Below are positions 37,753-47,717 of a stretch of 64,000 bases of DNA, piece after piece; positions within the stretch are counted from its first letter, which is position 1, and each line of letters opens with the position of its first letter. The notes under the pieces are model-generated. The model had not been told where the DNA came from. It made no database searches and saw nothing but the letters and a program-made list of their open reading frames with translations. This stretch comes from an uncultured delta proteobacterium (GTDB lineage Bacteria > Desulfobacterota > Binatia > UBA9968): NCBI GenBank assembly GCA_963727625.1, contig CAVSHR010000005.1, forward strand, positions 672,001 through 736,000, read 5' to 3'. Position numbers and translations under genes: made by a program.

Positions 37753-39525
37753 TTACGAGCCATTGGCTCGGCGTAAAGCCAAAGTGGCTGCGGCATCGAG
37801 CTTGAACCGCCGCCCTTGCTGTTCAACGACGACCCCGTACTCCCGTCGTGCCGCTTCCAAAGTCACGTAACCCGAGCGCACGTCGGCGAGAACTTTTTCC
37901 GCCTCCCGCTCCAACGGATTCCAGAAACCGCCCCCGCCGGCGGTCTCGATGAGAAAACCTTCACCTGCTTCGAGCTCGGTCGGCTTGATCTTTCCCGTGG
38001 CGAATTTTTCAACCTTGCCATTATGGCGCAGGATCGAGATCCGGTTCGCCAGTGCCGCGGCGCCGCCGTGCAGCCCCCAAGGCGCGCAGAGGGTCCGCTC
38101 CATGCGCGAGAAGATGGTCGCCGGCTTGCGCATGCGCACCTCCTGGGACACGCCTAGGCCGCCGCGAAATTTTCCCGGACCAGCCGAATCCTGGCGCAAT
38201 GATCTTTGCTCGACGATGATCGGGCTTTTCGCTTCGGTCGCCTCGACGGGCGAGTTATGCGTGTCGCCGTCGTTCAAGGCCACCGTCGCGCTCATCCCGT
38301 CTTGGTCCGACTTCGCGCCCCAGCCGCCGCCCGGATGGCCGATATGCGACCAGAAGAATCGCCCGGTTTCGACGTCGAAGCCGTGCGGGTTGACGATGCA
38401 CAGGTCGGCGTAGTGCGCCGCCAGGGTGCGCTCCGGGCAAGCGTCGGCCAAAGCTTTGAAGATCGTGTCGCATACGGTCATCGGCACGGTCATCCAGACG
38501 CGCACCGGCGCCGGCTTCATCGCGCTCACCACCCGGCCGGGGGGGAGGATGATCTTGAGCGGGCGAAACGAGCCGTCGTTGATCGGCAACAGCAGCGGCG
38601 TGGTGATGCACTTGAAGACCACTTCCGCCGCCGATCGGCCGGCGGTGATGCCCGAATTGTAAAATCCCGCCACCTGCGGGCTCACCCCGGTCAAATCGAT
38701 GGTCATATTCGCGCCGGCGACTTCGACGCGGACTTTGATCGGGATATGCTTGCCGAGGTTGACGCCGTCGTCGTCCATGAACGACTCGGCTTCGTAGACC
38801 CCGTCGGGAATCTGCCGTACCGCGGCGCGCGCCAACTTTTCGCTCTGTTCGAACACCCGGCCGATGCTGTCTTTGAACGCTGGATTGCCGTAGCGTTGCA
38901 GTAAATGAAGCAGGCGCCGCTCGCCGGTGCGGATCGACGCCAGTTGCGCGCGCATGTCGCCCATCGCCCGTTCCGGCACGCGCACGTTGGCCTTGATGAT
39001 CGAAGTGATCTCGGTATTTTCCACGCCGGCGCGGAAGTGCTTCACGAAGGGCAGCTGGAGCCCCTCGGAAAAGATATCCCGGGTGACGCCGCCGAGCTGC
39101 CCGCCGATGTCCTGCCAGTGGGCCATCGACGAGGCGAACGCCACCAGCTCGCCTTCGTTGAAAATCGGCAGCGTGTAAATCATATGGTTAAGATGGCTGC
39201 CCATGATGTAGCTGTCGTTGGTCAGGAGAATATCGCCGGGCTCGATGTTCTCCTTGCCCCAGAAGGAGATCTTCGACTTGATCGCATCCGACAAGCCGCG
39301 AATGAACATGGGTAGGCCGAGGCCGATGGAGATCGTGTTGCCGTCGGCGTCGAACAGACCGACGGTAAAATCTTCCGCCTCGTAGATGATCGTGTGATAC
39401 GCCGTGCGCATCAGATTGGTCTTCATCTCGCCGGTGATCGCCACCACGGCGCTGCGGATCACTTCGGCGGTAAAAGCATCGACGGTGCCTGCGTTTGCCG
39501 CAGCATGCTTCATTTCAGATTGCAT
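37753..39525 (-). CDS. Hydantoinase B/oxoprolinase family subunit (copy 1)
   Basis: Same motifs as 35789-37585; a close paralogue. Confidence 0.92.
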   Translation of the reverse strand: MQSEMKHAAANAGTVDAFTAEVIRSAVVAITGEMKTNLMRTAYHTIIYEAEDFTVGLFDADGNTISIGLGLPMFIRGLSDAIKSKISFWGKENIEPGDILLTNDSYIMGSHLNHMIYTLPIFNEGELVAFASSMAHWQDIGGQLGGVTRDIFSEGLQLPFVKHFRAGVENTEITSIIKANVRVPERAMGDMRAQLASIRTGERRLLHLLQRYGNPAFKDSIGRVFEQSEKLARAAVRQIPDGVYEAESFMDDDGVNLGKHIPIKVRVEVAGANMTIDLTGVSPQVAGFYNSGITAGRSAAEVVFKCITTPLLLPINDGSFRPLKIILPPGRVVSAMKPAPVRVWMTVPMTVCDTIFKALADACPERTLAAHYADLCIVNPHGFDVETGRFFWSHIGHPGGGWGAKSDQDGMSATVALNDGDTHNSPVEATEAKSPIIVEQRSLRQDSAGPGKFRGGLGVSQEVRMRKPATIFSRMERTLCAPWGLHGGAAALANRISILRHNGKVEKFATGKIKPTELEAGEGFLIETAGGGGFWNPLEREAEKVLADVRSGYVTLEAARREYGVVVEQQGRRFKLDAAATLALRRANGS

Positions 39526-39566
39526 ATGCCAATACTCATCGCAAAATTGCCAACTTGAGGCTTTCC

Positions 39567-39594
39567 GTCATTCCCGCGCACGCGGGAATCCAGG
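39567..39594 (+). repeat. ATTCCC-N8-GGGAAT palindrome (dRS3-like), left
   Basis: GTCATTCCCGCGCACGCGGGAATCCAGG. Confidence 0.85.
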
Positions 39595-39607
39595 TCACTT
39601 CCAACCG

Positions 39608-39688
39608 CTATAGAATGTCGCCCCAGAGATCTTTCCAGCCCGGATTCTTCTCCTCGATCAGTTCCAGCTTCCAAGCTCGGTTCCATTT
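39608..39688 (-). pseudogene. C-terminal remnant of a small GIY-YIG nuclease
   Basis: KWNRAWKLELIEEKNPGWKDLWGDIL* matches the typical WxRxWKxxLIExxNPxWxDL ending. Confidence 0.75.
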
Positions 39689-39827
39689 TTGGGGTCATCG
39701 CGTAATGGAGTGGGTGGAAACGGATGCTTGTTAAGATGAAACCCTCCTATACCGGATCGCAAACATTCACAATTCCTATGAAGAGATTTGGCATGATTTA
39801 GGGATAACAGCCTGCTGATTTTGGGAC

Positions 39828-40235
39828 CTACGGTATCACTCTCCCATGAACGGTCCCTCCCTTTGGTAAAGGGAGGTTAGGAGGGATTTTCATGGCTTGA
39901 AAGATCGATTCCAGCACCGCCTCTGTTTGGAGCAACACTTCTCGGTCGTCAAAACGCAAAATTTTTAGTCCTTGCTGTTCCAGCTCCTTGGTCCTTTGTA
40001 GGTCGTATTTTACTGCTCGAGCCTCCAAATGCTGAGCGCCGTCCAGTTCTACGACTAGTTTTGCTGCCGGCGCATAAAAATCAGCGATGTACTTACCGAT
40101 TGGTTTTTGCCTATAGAACTGCACGCCGTGGATTTGTTTTCGTCGCAAGTGATGCCACAGATGTAGCTCGGCGTCGGTCGGATTGGCACGCAAGGTTCGC
40201 GCTTTAGCCTTAAGCTGGTGGTTGTAAGGTAACAT
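39828..40235 (-). CDS. DUF559 (Vsr-like) endonuclease domain protein
   Basis: ARTLRANPTDAELHLWHHLR, FYRQKPIGKYIADF, VVELDGAQH and YDLQRT...ILRF. ATG at 40235. Confidence 0.9.
   Translation of the reverse strand: MLPYNHQLKAKARTLRANPTDAELHLWHHLRRKQIHGVQFYRQKPIGKYIADFYAPAAKLVVELDGAQHLEARAVKYDLQRTKELEQQGLKILRFDDREVLLQTEAVLESIFQAMKIPPNLPLPKGGTVHGRVIP
39854..39889. repeat. REP-like hairpin downstream of DUF559
   Basis: TCCCTCCCTTTGGTAAAGGGAGGTTAGGAGGGATTT. Confidence 0.8.
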
Positions 40236-40240
40236 CGCGA

Positions 40241-40273
40241 AAATCCCCCCATCCCCCTTTTTCAAAGGGGGAG
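40241..40273. repeat. REP-like hairpin upstream of DUF559
   Basis: AAATCCCCCCATCCCCCTTTTTCAAAGGGGGAG; 21 bp are identical to the reverse complement of 28210-28230. Confidence 0.85.
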
Positions 40274-40358
40274 TTGAAACCTTCAAGAACAGCATTTCTT
40301 ACCAAGCTCACCCACTCAATCACGCGCGATTCTATTTTTTAGATCTGCTCTCGTGTGG

Positions 40359-40386
40359 CCTGGATTCCCGTTTGCACGGGAATGAC
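40359..40386 (-). repeat. ATTCCC-N8-GGGAAT palindrome (dRS3-like), right, inverted
   Basis: Reverse complement reads GTCATTCCCGTGCAAACGGGAATCCAGG. Confidence 0.85.
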
Positions 40387-40403
40387 AGACAAGAATCCGC
40401 ACC

Positions 40404-42470
40404 TCACGACTGCCCCAAGGTCATGACCAAATGACCGAACGCGTTCACCGTCACGGTATCGCCCGGCTCAATCACGGTGGTCGACGCAGCCTCCTCGATG
40501 ATCGCAGGGCCGGCGATAACGTTACCGCGCAATAGCTTGCTACGATCGTATACCAGCGCTTCCACGGCGGCCCTGCCGTCGAAGTTCACCTTGCGTACTC
40601 CGCGCCGGGCATTCTCAGGCGGATGACTCCCGCCCTGGGGAATCTGCGGGAACTGCGGTTTTCCCAGTCGACCGATCGCCGACACGCGCAGGCTGACAAT
40701 GTCGGCGGACTCCTCCGGCGCACTGTGGCTGTAACGCAGCTCATGTGCTTCGTCAAACAGCCGCTTGATCTCGGCCCGCGCCGACTCGTCGCCGACCGCA
40801 GCCGGCACGCGCACCGCCACCGCATGCTCCTGGCCGACGTAACGCATATCGGCCGCGCGCTCGAAAACAATTCGGTCGGCCGAAATGCCCGACGCCTCCA
40901 GCGCTTGCCTGCCCTCCGCTTCGAGCCTCTGGAACTGATCTTCCAACTGAAACATTTCCAAATCGTCCATGCGCTCGAAAAGTGTCTGAACGTAATCGCG
41001 GCGCAGATCGGCCATCAGCATGCCAAGAGCGGAAAAATGGCCCGGTGCGTTGGGAATAATAATTTTCTTGATCGATAGCTCTTTGGCGACCGACGCGGCA
41101 TGCAGCGGCCCGCCGCCGCCATAGGCGACTAGCGTGAAGTCGCGCGGGTCGAGGCCGCGTTCGAGCGTCACGTGGCGGACCGCGTTGGCCATCGCCGCGG
41201 TGGCCACTTGCAGCATACCGGCGCCCGCCCGTTCCAAACTTACGGATAGCGGCTGCGCTAGCTTCTCGCGCAGGGCTTTTTCCGCGGCGCCGCGATCGAG
41301 ACGCATTTCGCCGCCGAGAAAACGTTCCGGCGAAAGCCGCCCGAGTATCACGTTGGCATCCGTGACCGTTGGTTCGTTGCCGCCGCGGCCGTAACTCGCC
41401 GGGCCCGGCTCGGCCCCCGCGCTGCGCGGTCCAACATGCAGACCGCCGCCTTCGTCGAGCCAAGCGATGCTGCCGCCGCCGGTGCCGATTTCGACGATGT
41501 CGAGCACGGGAATGCGGACCGCCAACCCTTCGTTATAACCACCGATGAAATAATCCGGCGAAAGGCTCGGCTCGCCGCGCCGGATGACGCAGGCCTTGGC
41601 GGTGGTCCCGCCCATGTCGAAGGCGATAGCGGCGTCGAGATCGAGCATTTCACAGAGCGCCATGGTGCCAACCACGCCGCCCGCGGGGCCTGATTCCATC
41701 ATTTGAATGCATTGGCGCCGCGCCATCTCGACATCGGACAAGCCGCCGTTGGATTGCATGATCATCAGGCTGCCCGTAAAGTGCTGGTCGCGCAGGCGGC
41801 GTTCCAGATCGCCCAGGTACCGGCTTACCTTCGGCCCGACATACGCGTTGGCGGCAACCGTCGAGGTACGTTCGTACTCGCGATACTCGCGCGATAGCTC
41901 ATGGGAGGCGCTGAGAAATAAACTGGGGGCGGTCTCGCGCAGAATTTCGCACATGCGGAGCTCGTGATCGGGCGCGCGGTACGAATGGAGAAAAAGGACC
42001 GCCACCGCTTCGAAGCCTTCTTCTTTGATGATCCGCGCCACCTCGCGCGCTTCTCGCTCATCGAAAGGCGTGCGGACCGAGCCGTCGGCGAGCATGCGCT
42101 CGGTGACTTCGAAAATATCTTCCCGCGGCACCAGCGGGCGATGCTTGCGAAAACGCGGATTAAAGGATTCCGGGCGGTTGATCCGGCCGATCTCGTAGAC
42201 GTCACGAAAACCCTTGGTCGTGACCAGCGCGGTCTTGGCGCCCTGACGTTCGATCACCGCATTGATCACCACGGTCGAGCCATGAATCAGGCTGGAGACT
42301 TCGTCGAAACGCACCGCAGCTTTGGTCAAGCCCTCCAACACGCCGCGCGCCAGCTCCACCGGCGTGGACAGCGTCTTAGCCAACGCCAACGCGCTCTTCG
42401 CCTCGTCAAAAACGACGACGTCGGTAAACGTTCCACCGATATCCACCGCGACACGCAAGCTGCCCTCCAA
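40404..42470 (-). CDS. Hydantoinase A/oxoprolinase family ATP-binding subunit
   Basis: VDIGGTFTD, REYERTST, MESGPAGG, FDMGGTT and SAGAEPGPASYG. Confidence 0.93.
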   Translation of the reverse strand: MEGSLRVAVDIGGTFTDVVVFDEAKSALALAKTLSTPVELARGVLEGLTKAAVRFDEVSSLIHGSTVVINAVIERQGAKTALVTTKGFRDVYEIGRINRPESFNPRFRKHRPLVPREDIFEVTERMLADGSVRTPFDEREAREVARIIKEEGFEAVAVLFLHSYRAPDHELRMCEILRETAPSLFLSASHELSREYREYERTSTVAANAYVGPKVSRYLGDLERRLRDQHFTGSLMIMQSNGGLSDVEMARRQCIQMMESGPAGGVVGTMALCEMLDLDAAIAFDMGGTTAKACVIRRGEPSLSPDYFIGGYNEGLAVRIPVLDIVEIGTGGGSIAWLDEGGGLHVGPRSAGAEPGPASYGRGGNEPTVTDANVILGRLSPERFLGGEMRLDRGAAEKALREKLAQPLSVSLERAGAGMLQVATAAMANAVRHVTLERGLDPRDFTLVAYGGGGPLHAASVAKELSIKKIIIPNAPGHFSALGMLMADLRRDYVQTLFERMDDLEMFQLEDQFQRLEAEGRQALEASGISADRIVFERAADMRYVGQEHAVAVRVPAAVGDESARAEIKRLFDEAHELRYSHSAPEESADIVSLRVSAIGRLGKPQFPQIPQGGSHPPENARRGVRKVNFDGRAAVEALVYDRSKLLRGNVIAGPAIIEEAASTTVIEPGDTVTVNAFGHLVMTLGQS

Positions 42471-42480
42471 AAGGATAAAG

Positions 42481-42551
42481 TTGGAGTGTTGGAGTTCTGG
42501 AGTATTGGGCCAGCACCATCACTCCATTGTTCCACTACTCCATGACTCCAA
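42481..42551. repeat. Inverted octamer arrays (TGGAGTnn / nnACTCCA)
   Basis: ttggagtgttggagttctggagtattgg ... ccatcactccattgttccactactccatgactccaa. Confidence 0.8.
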
Positions 42552-42557
42552 TCTGTT

Positions 42558-42989
42558 TTAGCCGCACCGATGATTGGCGAGATATTCGTTTAACCACTTG
42601 TCCCAGGTGTTATCGATCCTGCGGATCGCGCCCAGTTGCGAATCTTCGCCGTCGTTCTCCTCCACCAGCGCAACCACGCGCAGGTCGACGCCGGCGAGGT
42701 GCGGATCGGCGCAAAAATGATCGCGCACCATCACCGTGCCGGCTGTTTCCAACTCGGCCAAAGCGCAATCCACCTCCGCCGCGCTGATCTGCAACCGCCC
42801 CAGGGACGCGTACAACTCGGTCATGAAGCGCGCCTTCTTGTCGCGTGCACGCAGTAGGTCAAGCACTCTTTCGCGGAGATTTTTTTCTTTTGCGACGTTA
42901 TCCGTTTCGGTAGTGCGATGCATCGTGACCGGCATGACTGATCCTGCGTGATACTCAGAACTCTTAATGAACCGATGGGACGTTGTCAA
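42558..42989 (-). CDS. Hypothetical protein, possible winged helix plus Cys/His motifs
   Basis: Start uncertain. Contains RDHFCADPH and a terminal NHRCG; co-oriented upstream of hydantoinase A. Confidence 0.65.
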   Translation of the reverse strand: MTTSHRFIKSSEYHAGSVMPVTMHRTTETDNVAKEKNLRERVLDLLRARDKKARFMTELYASLGRLQISAAEVDCALAELETAGTVMVRDHFCADPHLAGVDLRVVALVEENDGEDSQLGAIRRIDNTWDKWLNEYLANHRCG

Positions 42990-43087
42990 TCAACCGATTC
43001 AAACCCGGGAAGCGGGCGCGCGATTGCGACGAGGTAAAGCGACCATGTTGAATTTACCCCCCTCACTGTGCAAATCTTTGATTTCTT

Positions 43088-44494
<1,407 letters not shown>

Positions 44495-44504
44495 AGGAAC
44501 GGTT

Positions 44505-44539
44505 CGCAATCCACAATCCAAAATCGCAAATCCAAAATT
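44505..44539. repeat. Heptamer tandem array (half element)
   Basis: cgcaatc cacaatc caaaatc gcaaatc caaaatt between selA and selB. Confidence 0.7.
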
Positions 44540-44544
44540 GACTC

Positions 44545-46458
44545 ATGCCCTACATTATCGGCACCGCCGGCCATATCGATCACGGCAAGACCCGCTTAAT
44601 CAAAGCGCTCACCGGCACGGACACCGACCGGCTCAAGGAAGAAAAAGAGCGCGGCATCTCGATCGATCTCGGCTTCGCCCACCTCGACCTGCCGGACGGC
44701 ACTTCCGCGGGCATCGTCGACGTGCCCGGCCATGAGCGCTTTATCAAAAACATGCTCGCCGGCGCCCACGGCATCGATCTGGTCCTGTTCACCGTCGCCG
44801 CCGACGATGGCGTGATGCCCCAGACCGAAGAGCATTTGGACATCGTTCATTTACTCGGCGTCAAGATGGCGATCTTCGTGATCACCAAGGCGGACTTGGT
44901 TCCTCCTGGGCGCCTCGCCGACGTTGAAGAAGAGATCGACATCCTCACCCTCGGCACGACCTTGGAAAATTCGCCGAAGGTGACGGTCTCTTCCGTCACC
45001 GGCCAAGGCCTCGACGAGCTGAAACAGTTAATTTCGACGACGCTAAAATCCCGCACCCTTTCAGCCCCCAACGGCTACTTCCGCCTGCCTGTCGACCGCG
45101 CCTTCGTCCTGCAGGGCCACGGCGTCGTCGTCACCGGTACGGCGCTCAGCGGCGAAATCAAGGTCGGCGAGCAGGTGCGCTGTTTGCCGGGTGATCATCT
45201 TTTTCGCATTCGCAGCCTGCAGGTGCACGGCCATTCGGTCGACAGCGCCGGTTGGGGCCAGCGCGTCGCGATGAATCTCACCGGCCCGGAGCGCGCCTCC
45301 ATCGAGCGCGGCCAGGTGATCTGCCACGAAAAGCTGTCGCTCACCTCGGACCGTTTCGATGCTTTTCTCGAAGTCCGGCCGGCGGCGACAAAGGGCATCA
45401 AGAATCATCAGCGCCTGCGCATCCATATCGGCGCGGCGGAGCGCTTGGCGAAAGTCGTCGTGCTCGGCGGTGCGGAAAAGCTAAACGCCAAAGATTCGGC
45501 GTACTGCCAGATTACGCTCAACAAACCGCTGCTGGTCATGCGCGGCGACCATTTCGTCGCCAGGGACGAGACCGCGCGCCGTACCCTCGGCGGCGGCGCG
45601 GTGGTGCATCCCTGGGCCAATCGCCATAAAAGCGGCGAAGCCGGGCTCCTGAGCCGACTCAAGTTGCTGCATGTCGGCGAGGTCGCCGAAGTCGTCGAGA
45701 ATTTTCTCGGCGAAAGCGCCGCCTTCGCCCTGCCGATCGACGCGATCTACCAATTTCTCAACTTGCGCGAAGAAGAAGCGCGGCAAAAAATCGACGCGCT
45801 TAAAGGCGTGCGCGTGCTCAGCGCCGAAGGCGAGAAAGTCTATACCATCGAGGCCAAGTGGAACCAGCTCAAAGCCCGCCTGCTAAAAACCCTCAAAGAG
45901 TTTCACGCCGCGCATCCGTTGATTCCCGGCATGGACATGGAAGAGTTGCGCGGCAAGCTCGGCTTCGAGCTATCGCCGAAAATCTTCCGTGTCATCGTCG
46001 AACAGTTCATCAACGAGAAGCTAATCGCCAAGGAAGAAAACCTGCTGCGCCTGGCCGGCCATCGCCTCCAGCTTGGCGGCCAGGAAAAAACCCTCATGGA
46101 TAAAATCAAGAAGCTGCTCGGCGAGCAACCTCTGGCGCCGCCCGATTTGAAAGAGATCGAAAAGCAGGCCGGCGTGCCGCGCCAGCGCTTGAACGAGGTC
46201 ATCCGCCTTTTAGAACGGGACGGTTCGATCGTCCGCGTCACCACCGACATGTACTTCCTGGCCAGCAGCATTGAGCAGTTGCGCGCGACGCTGCAAAATT
46301 TCCTGACCGAAAAAGGCGAGATGACCGCGGCTTCGTTTCGAGACTTGATCGGTTCGAGCCGCAAATACACTATTCCGTTACTGGAATTTTTCGACCGCGA
46401 CGGCCTGACCATCAGAATCGGCGATATCCGCCGTCTCAAATCTCGATCGTCCGTGTAA
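44545..46458 (+). CDS. selB: Selenocysteine-specific elongation factor
   Basis: [28 protein letters not shown] and C-terminal [13 protein letters not shown]. Confidence 0.97.
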   Translation: MPYIIGTAGHIDHGKTRLIKALTGTDTDRLKEEKERGISIDLGFAHLDLPDGTSAGIVDVPGHERFIKNMLAGAHGIDLVLFTVAADDGVMPQTEEHLDIVHLLGVKMAIFVITKADLVPPGRLADVEEEIDILTLGTTLENSPKVTVSSVTGQGLDELKQLISTTLKSRTLSAPNGYFRLPVDRAFVLQGHGVVVTGTALSGEIKVGEQVRCLPGDHLFRIRSLQVHGHSVDSAGWGQRVAMNLTGPERASIERGQVICHEKLSLTSDRFDAFLEVRPAATKGIKNHQRLRIHIGAAERLAKVVVLGGAEKLNAKDSAYCQITLNKPLLVMRGDHFVARDETARRTLGGGAVVHPWANRHKSGEAGLLSRLKLLHVGEVAEVVENFLGESAAFALPIDAIYQFLNLREEEARQKIDALKGVRVLSAEGEKVYTIEAKWNQLKARLLKTLKEFHAAHPLIPGMDMEELRGKLGFELSPKIFRVIVEQFINEKLIAKEENLLRLAGHRLQLGGQEKTLMDKIKKLLGEQPLAPPDLKEIEKQAGVPRQRLNEVIRLLERDGSIVRVTTDMYFLASSIEQLRATLQNFLTEKGEMTAASFRDLIGSSRKYTIPLLEFFDRDGLTIRIGDIRRLKSRSSV

Positions 46459-46512
46459 AAATTGAGTTTCCACGTTGAAATTTGCCGCCGGTCGATTTAA
46501 AGTCATCGAGTT

Positions 46513-47568
46513 ATGATGTTGAAAAAGAAGAAAGCCGTGCGCTTGACGCAAGAGGTTAAAGCCGCGGGTTGAGCCGCAAAGCTCGGCCCCGCCGACCTCG
46601 TGCAAGTCTTGCACGGCCTGCCTAAATTTAAAAATTCCGATATGCTGGTGGGCACCGAAACCGGCGACGACGCCGGGGTCTATCGTCTGCGCCCCGACCT
46701 GGCGATCGTCAACACAGTGGATTTTTTCACCCCCATCGTCGACGATCCCTATCTCTTCGGCCAGATCTCTGCAGCCAACTCTTTGAGCGACGTCTACGCC
46801 ATGGGCGGCGAGCCCAAGACCTGCATGAACATAGTCTGCTTTCCCAAGGGCAAGATGGATATCGAAGTTCTCGGCGCGATCCTTAAAGGCGGCGCCGATA
46901 AGGTCATCGAAAGCGGCGCCGTCGTCATCGGCGGCCACAGCATCATCGACGAAGAAATCAAATTCGGCATGGCGGTCACCGGCGTCATTCATCCGGACAA
47001 GATTCTGCGCAACGTCGGCGTCCAGGAAGGCGACGTGCTGGTTCTGACCAAGCCGCTGGGCACCGGCATCATCACCACCGCGCTCAAAAAAGGCAAAGCT
47101 TCGGACGAAAGCGTCAATGAAGCGGTCAAGTCGATGGCCACGCTCAACGCCGCCGCTTCGACCGTCATGCGCAAGCACCCGGTGCATGCCTGTTCCGACG
47201 TCACCGGATTTGGGATCCTCGGCCACGCCAACGGAATGGCGAGCGGCAGCGGCGTCACGCTGGTCATAGAAGCGGCCAAGCTGCCGCTGATGCGAGCTGC
47301 GGCGCGCCTCGCCGAAAAAGGCTATGTCACCGGCGGCTGCAAACGAAACCAGGAATACTTGAACGATAAGATGGTGATCGAGAAATCGATCCGTGAAGGC
47401 TTGGTTCAGGTCGCTTTGGACCCGCAAACTTCAGGCGGCTTGCTGATCGCGATCGCCAAACGGCACGCGGCCAAGCTGATCGACGATCTGCACACCGCCG
47501 GTGTCGCCTGCGCCGCCGAAGTCGGCTACGCCACCTCCTTGCAAAAACCTTGGGTTCGCCTCGTCTAA
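46513..47568 (+). CDS. selD: Selenophosphate synthetase, selenocysteine-containing (TGA 46570-46572)
   Basis: MMLKKKKAVRLTQEVKAAG-U-AAKLGP is in frame with ORF 46600-47568 (DDAGVY, TVDFFTP, ANSLSDVYAMGG, DVTGFG, DPQTSGGLL). Confidence 0.95.
46599..46615 (+). promoter_or_regulatory. Candidate bacterial SECIS hairpin
   Basis: CGTGCAA-GTC-TTGCACG, with its apical G about 33 nt after the UGA. Confidence 0.65.
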
Positions 47569-47717
47569 ACCGGCGCTTGTATACCCGCCGCTTTCAGTCT
47601 CCGATTCGACATTATGAATGGCTCAAGCCATAATGTTGACGGCGCTGATCGCCGGCAAATGACAGATAATCTCACAGCAAGGATTCATTCAATCAGCCGC
47701 GCAATGGGCGTTCTTTT

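Noticed and set aside
35789-39525. Two hydantoinase B genes as an assembly duplication
   Set aside because: They differ at many amino-acid and synonymous positions throughout, so they are true paralogues.
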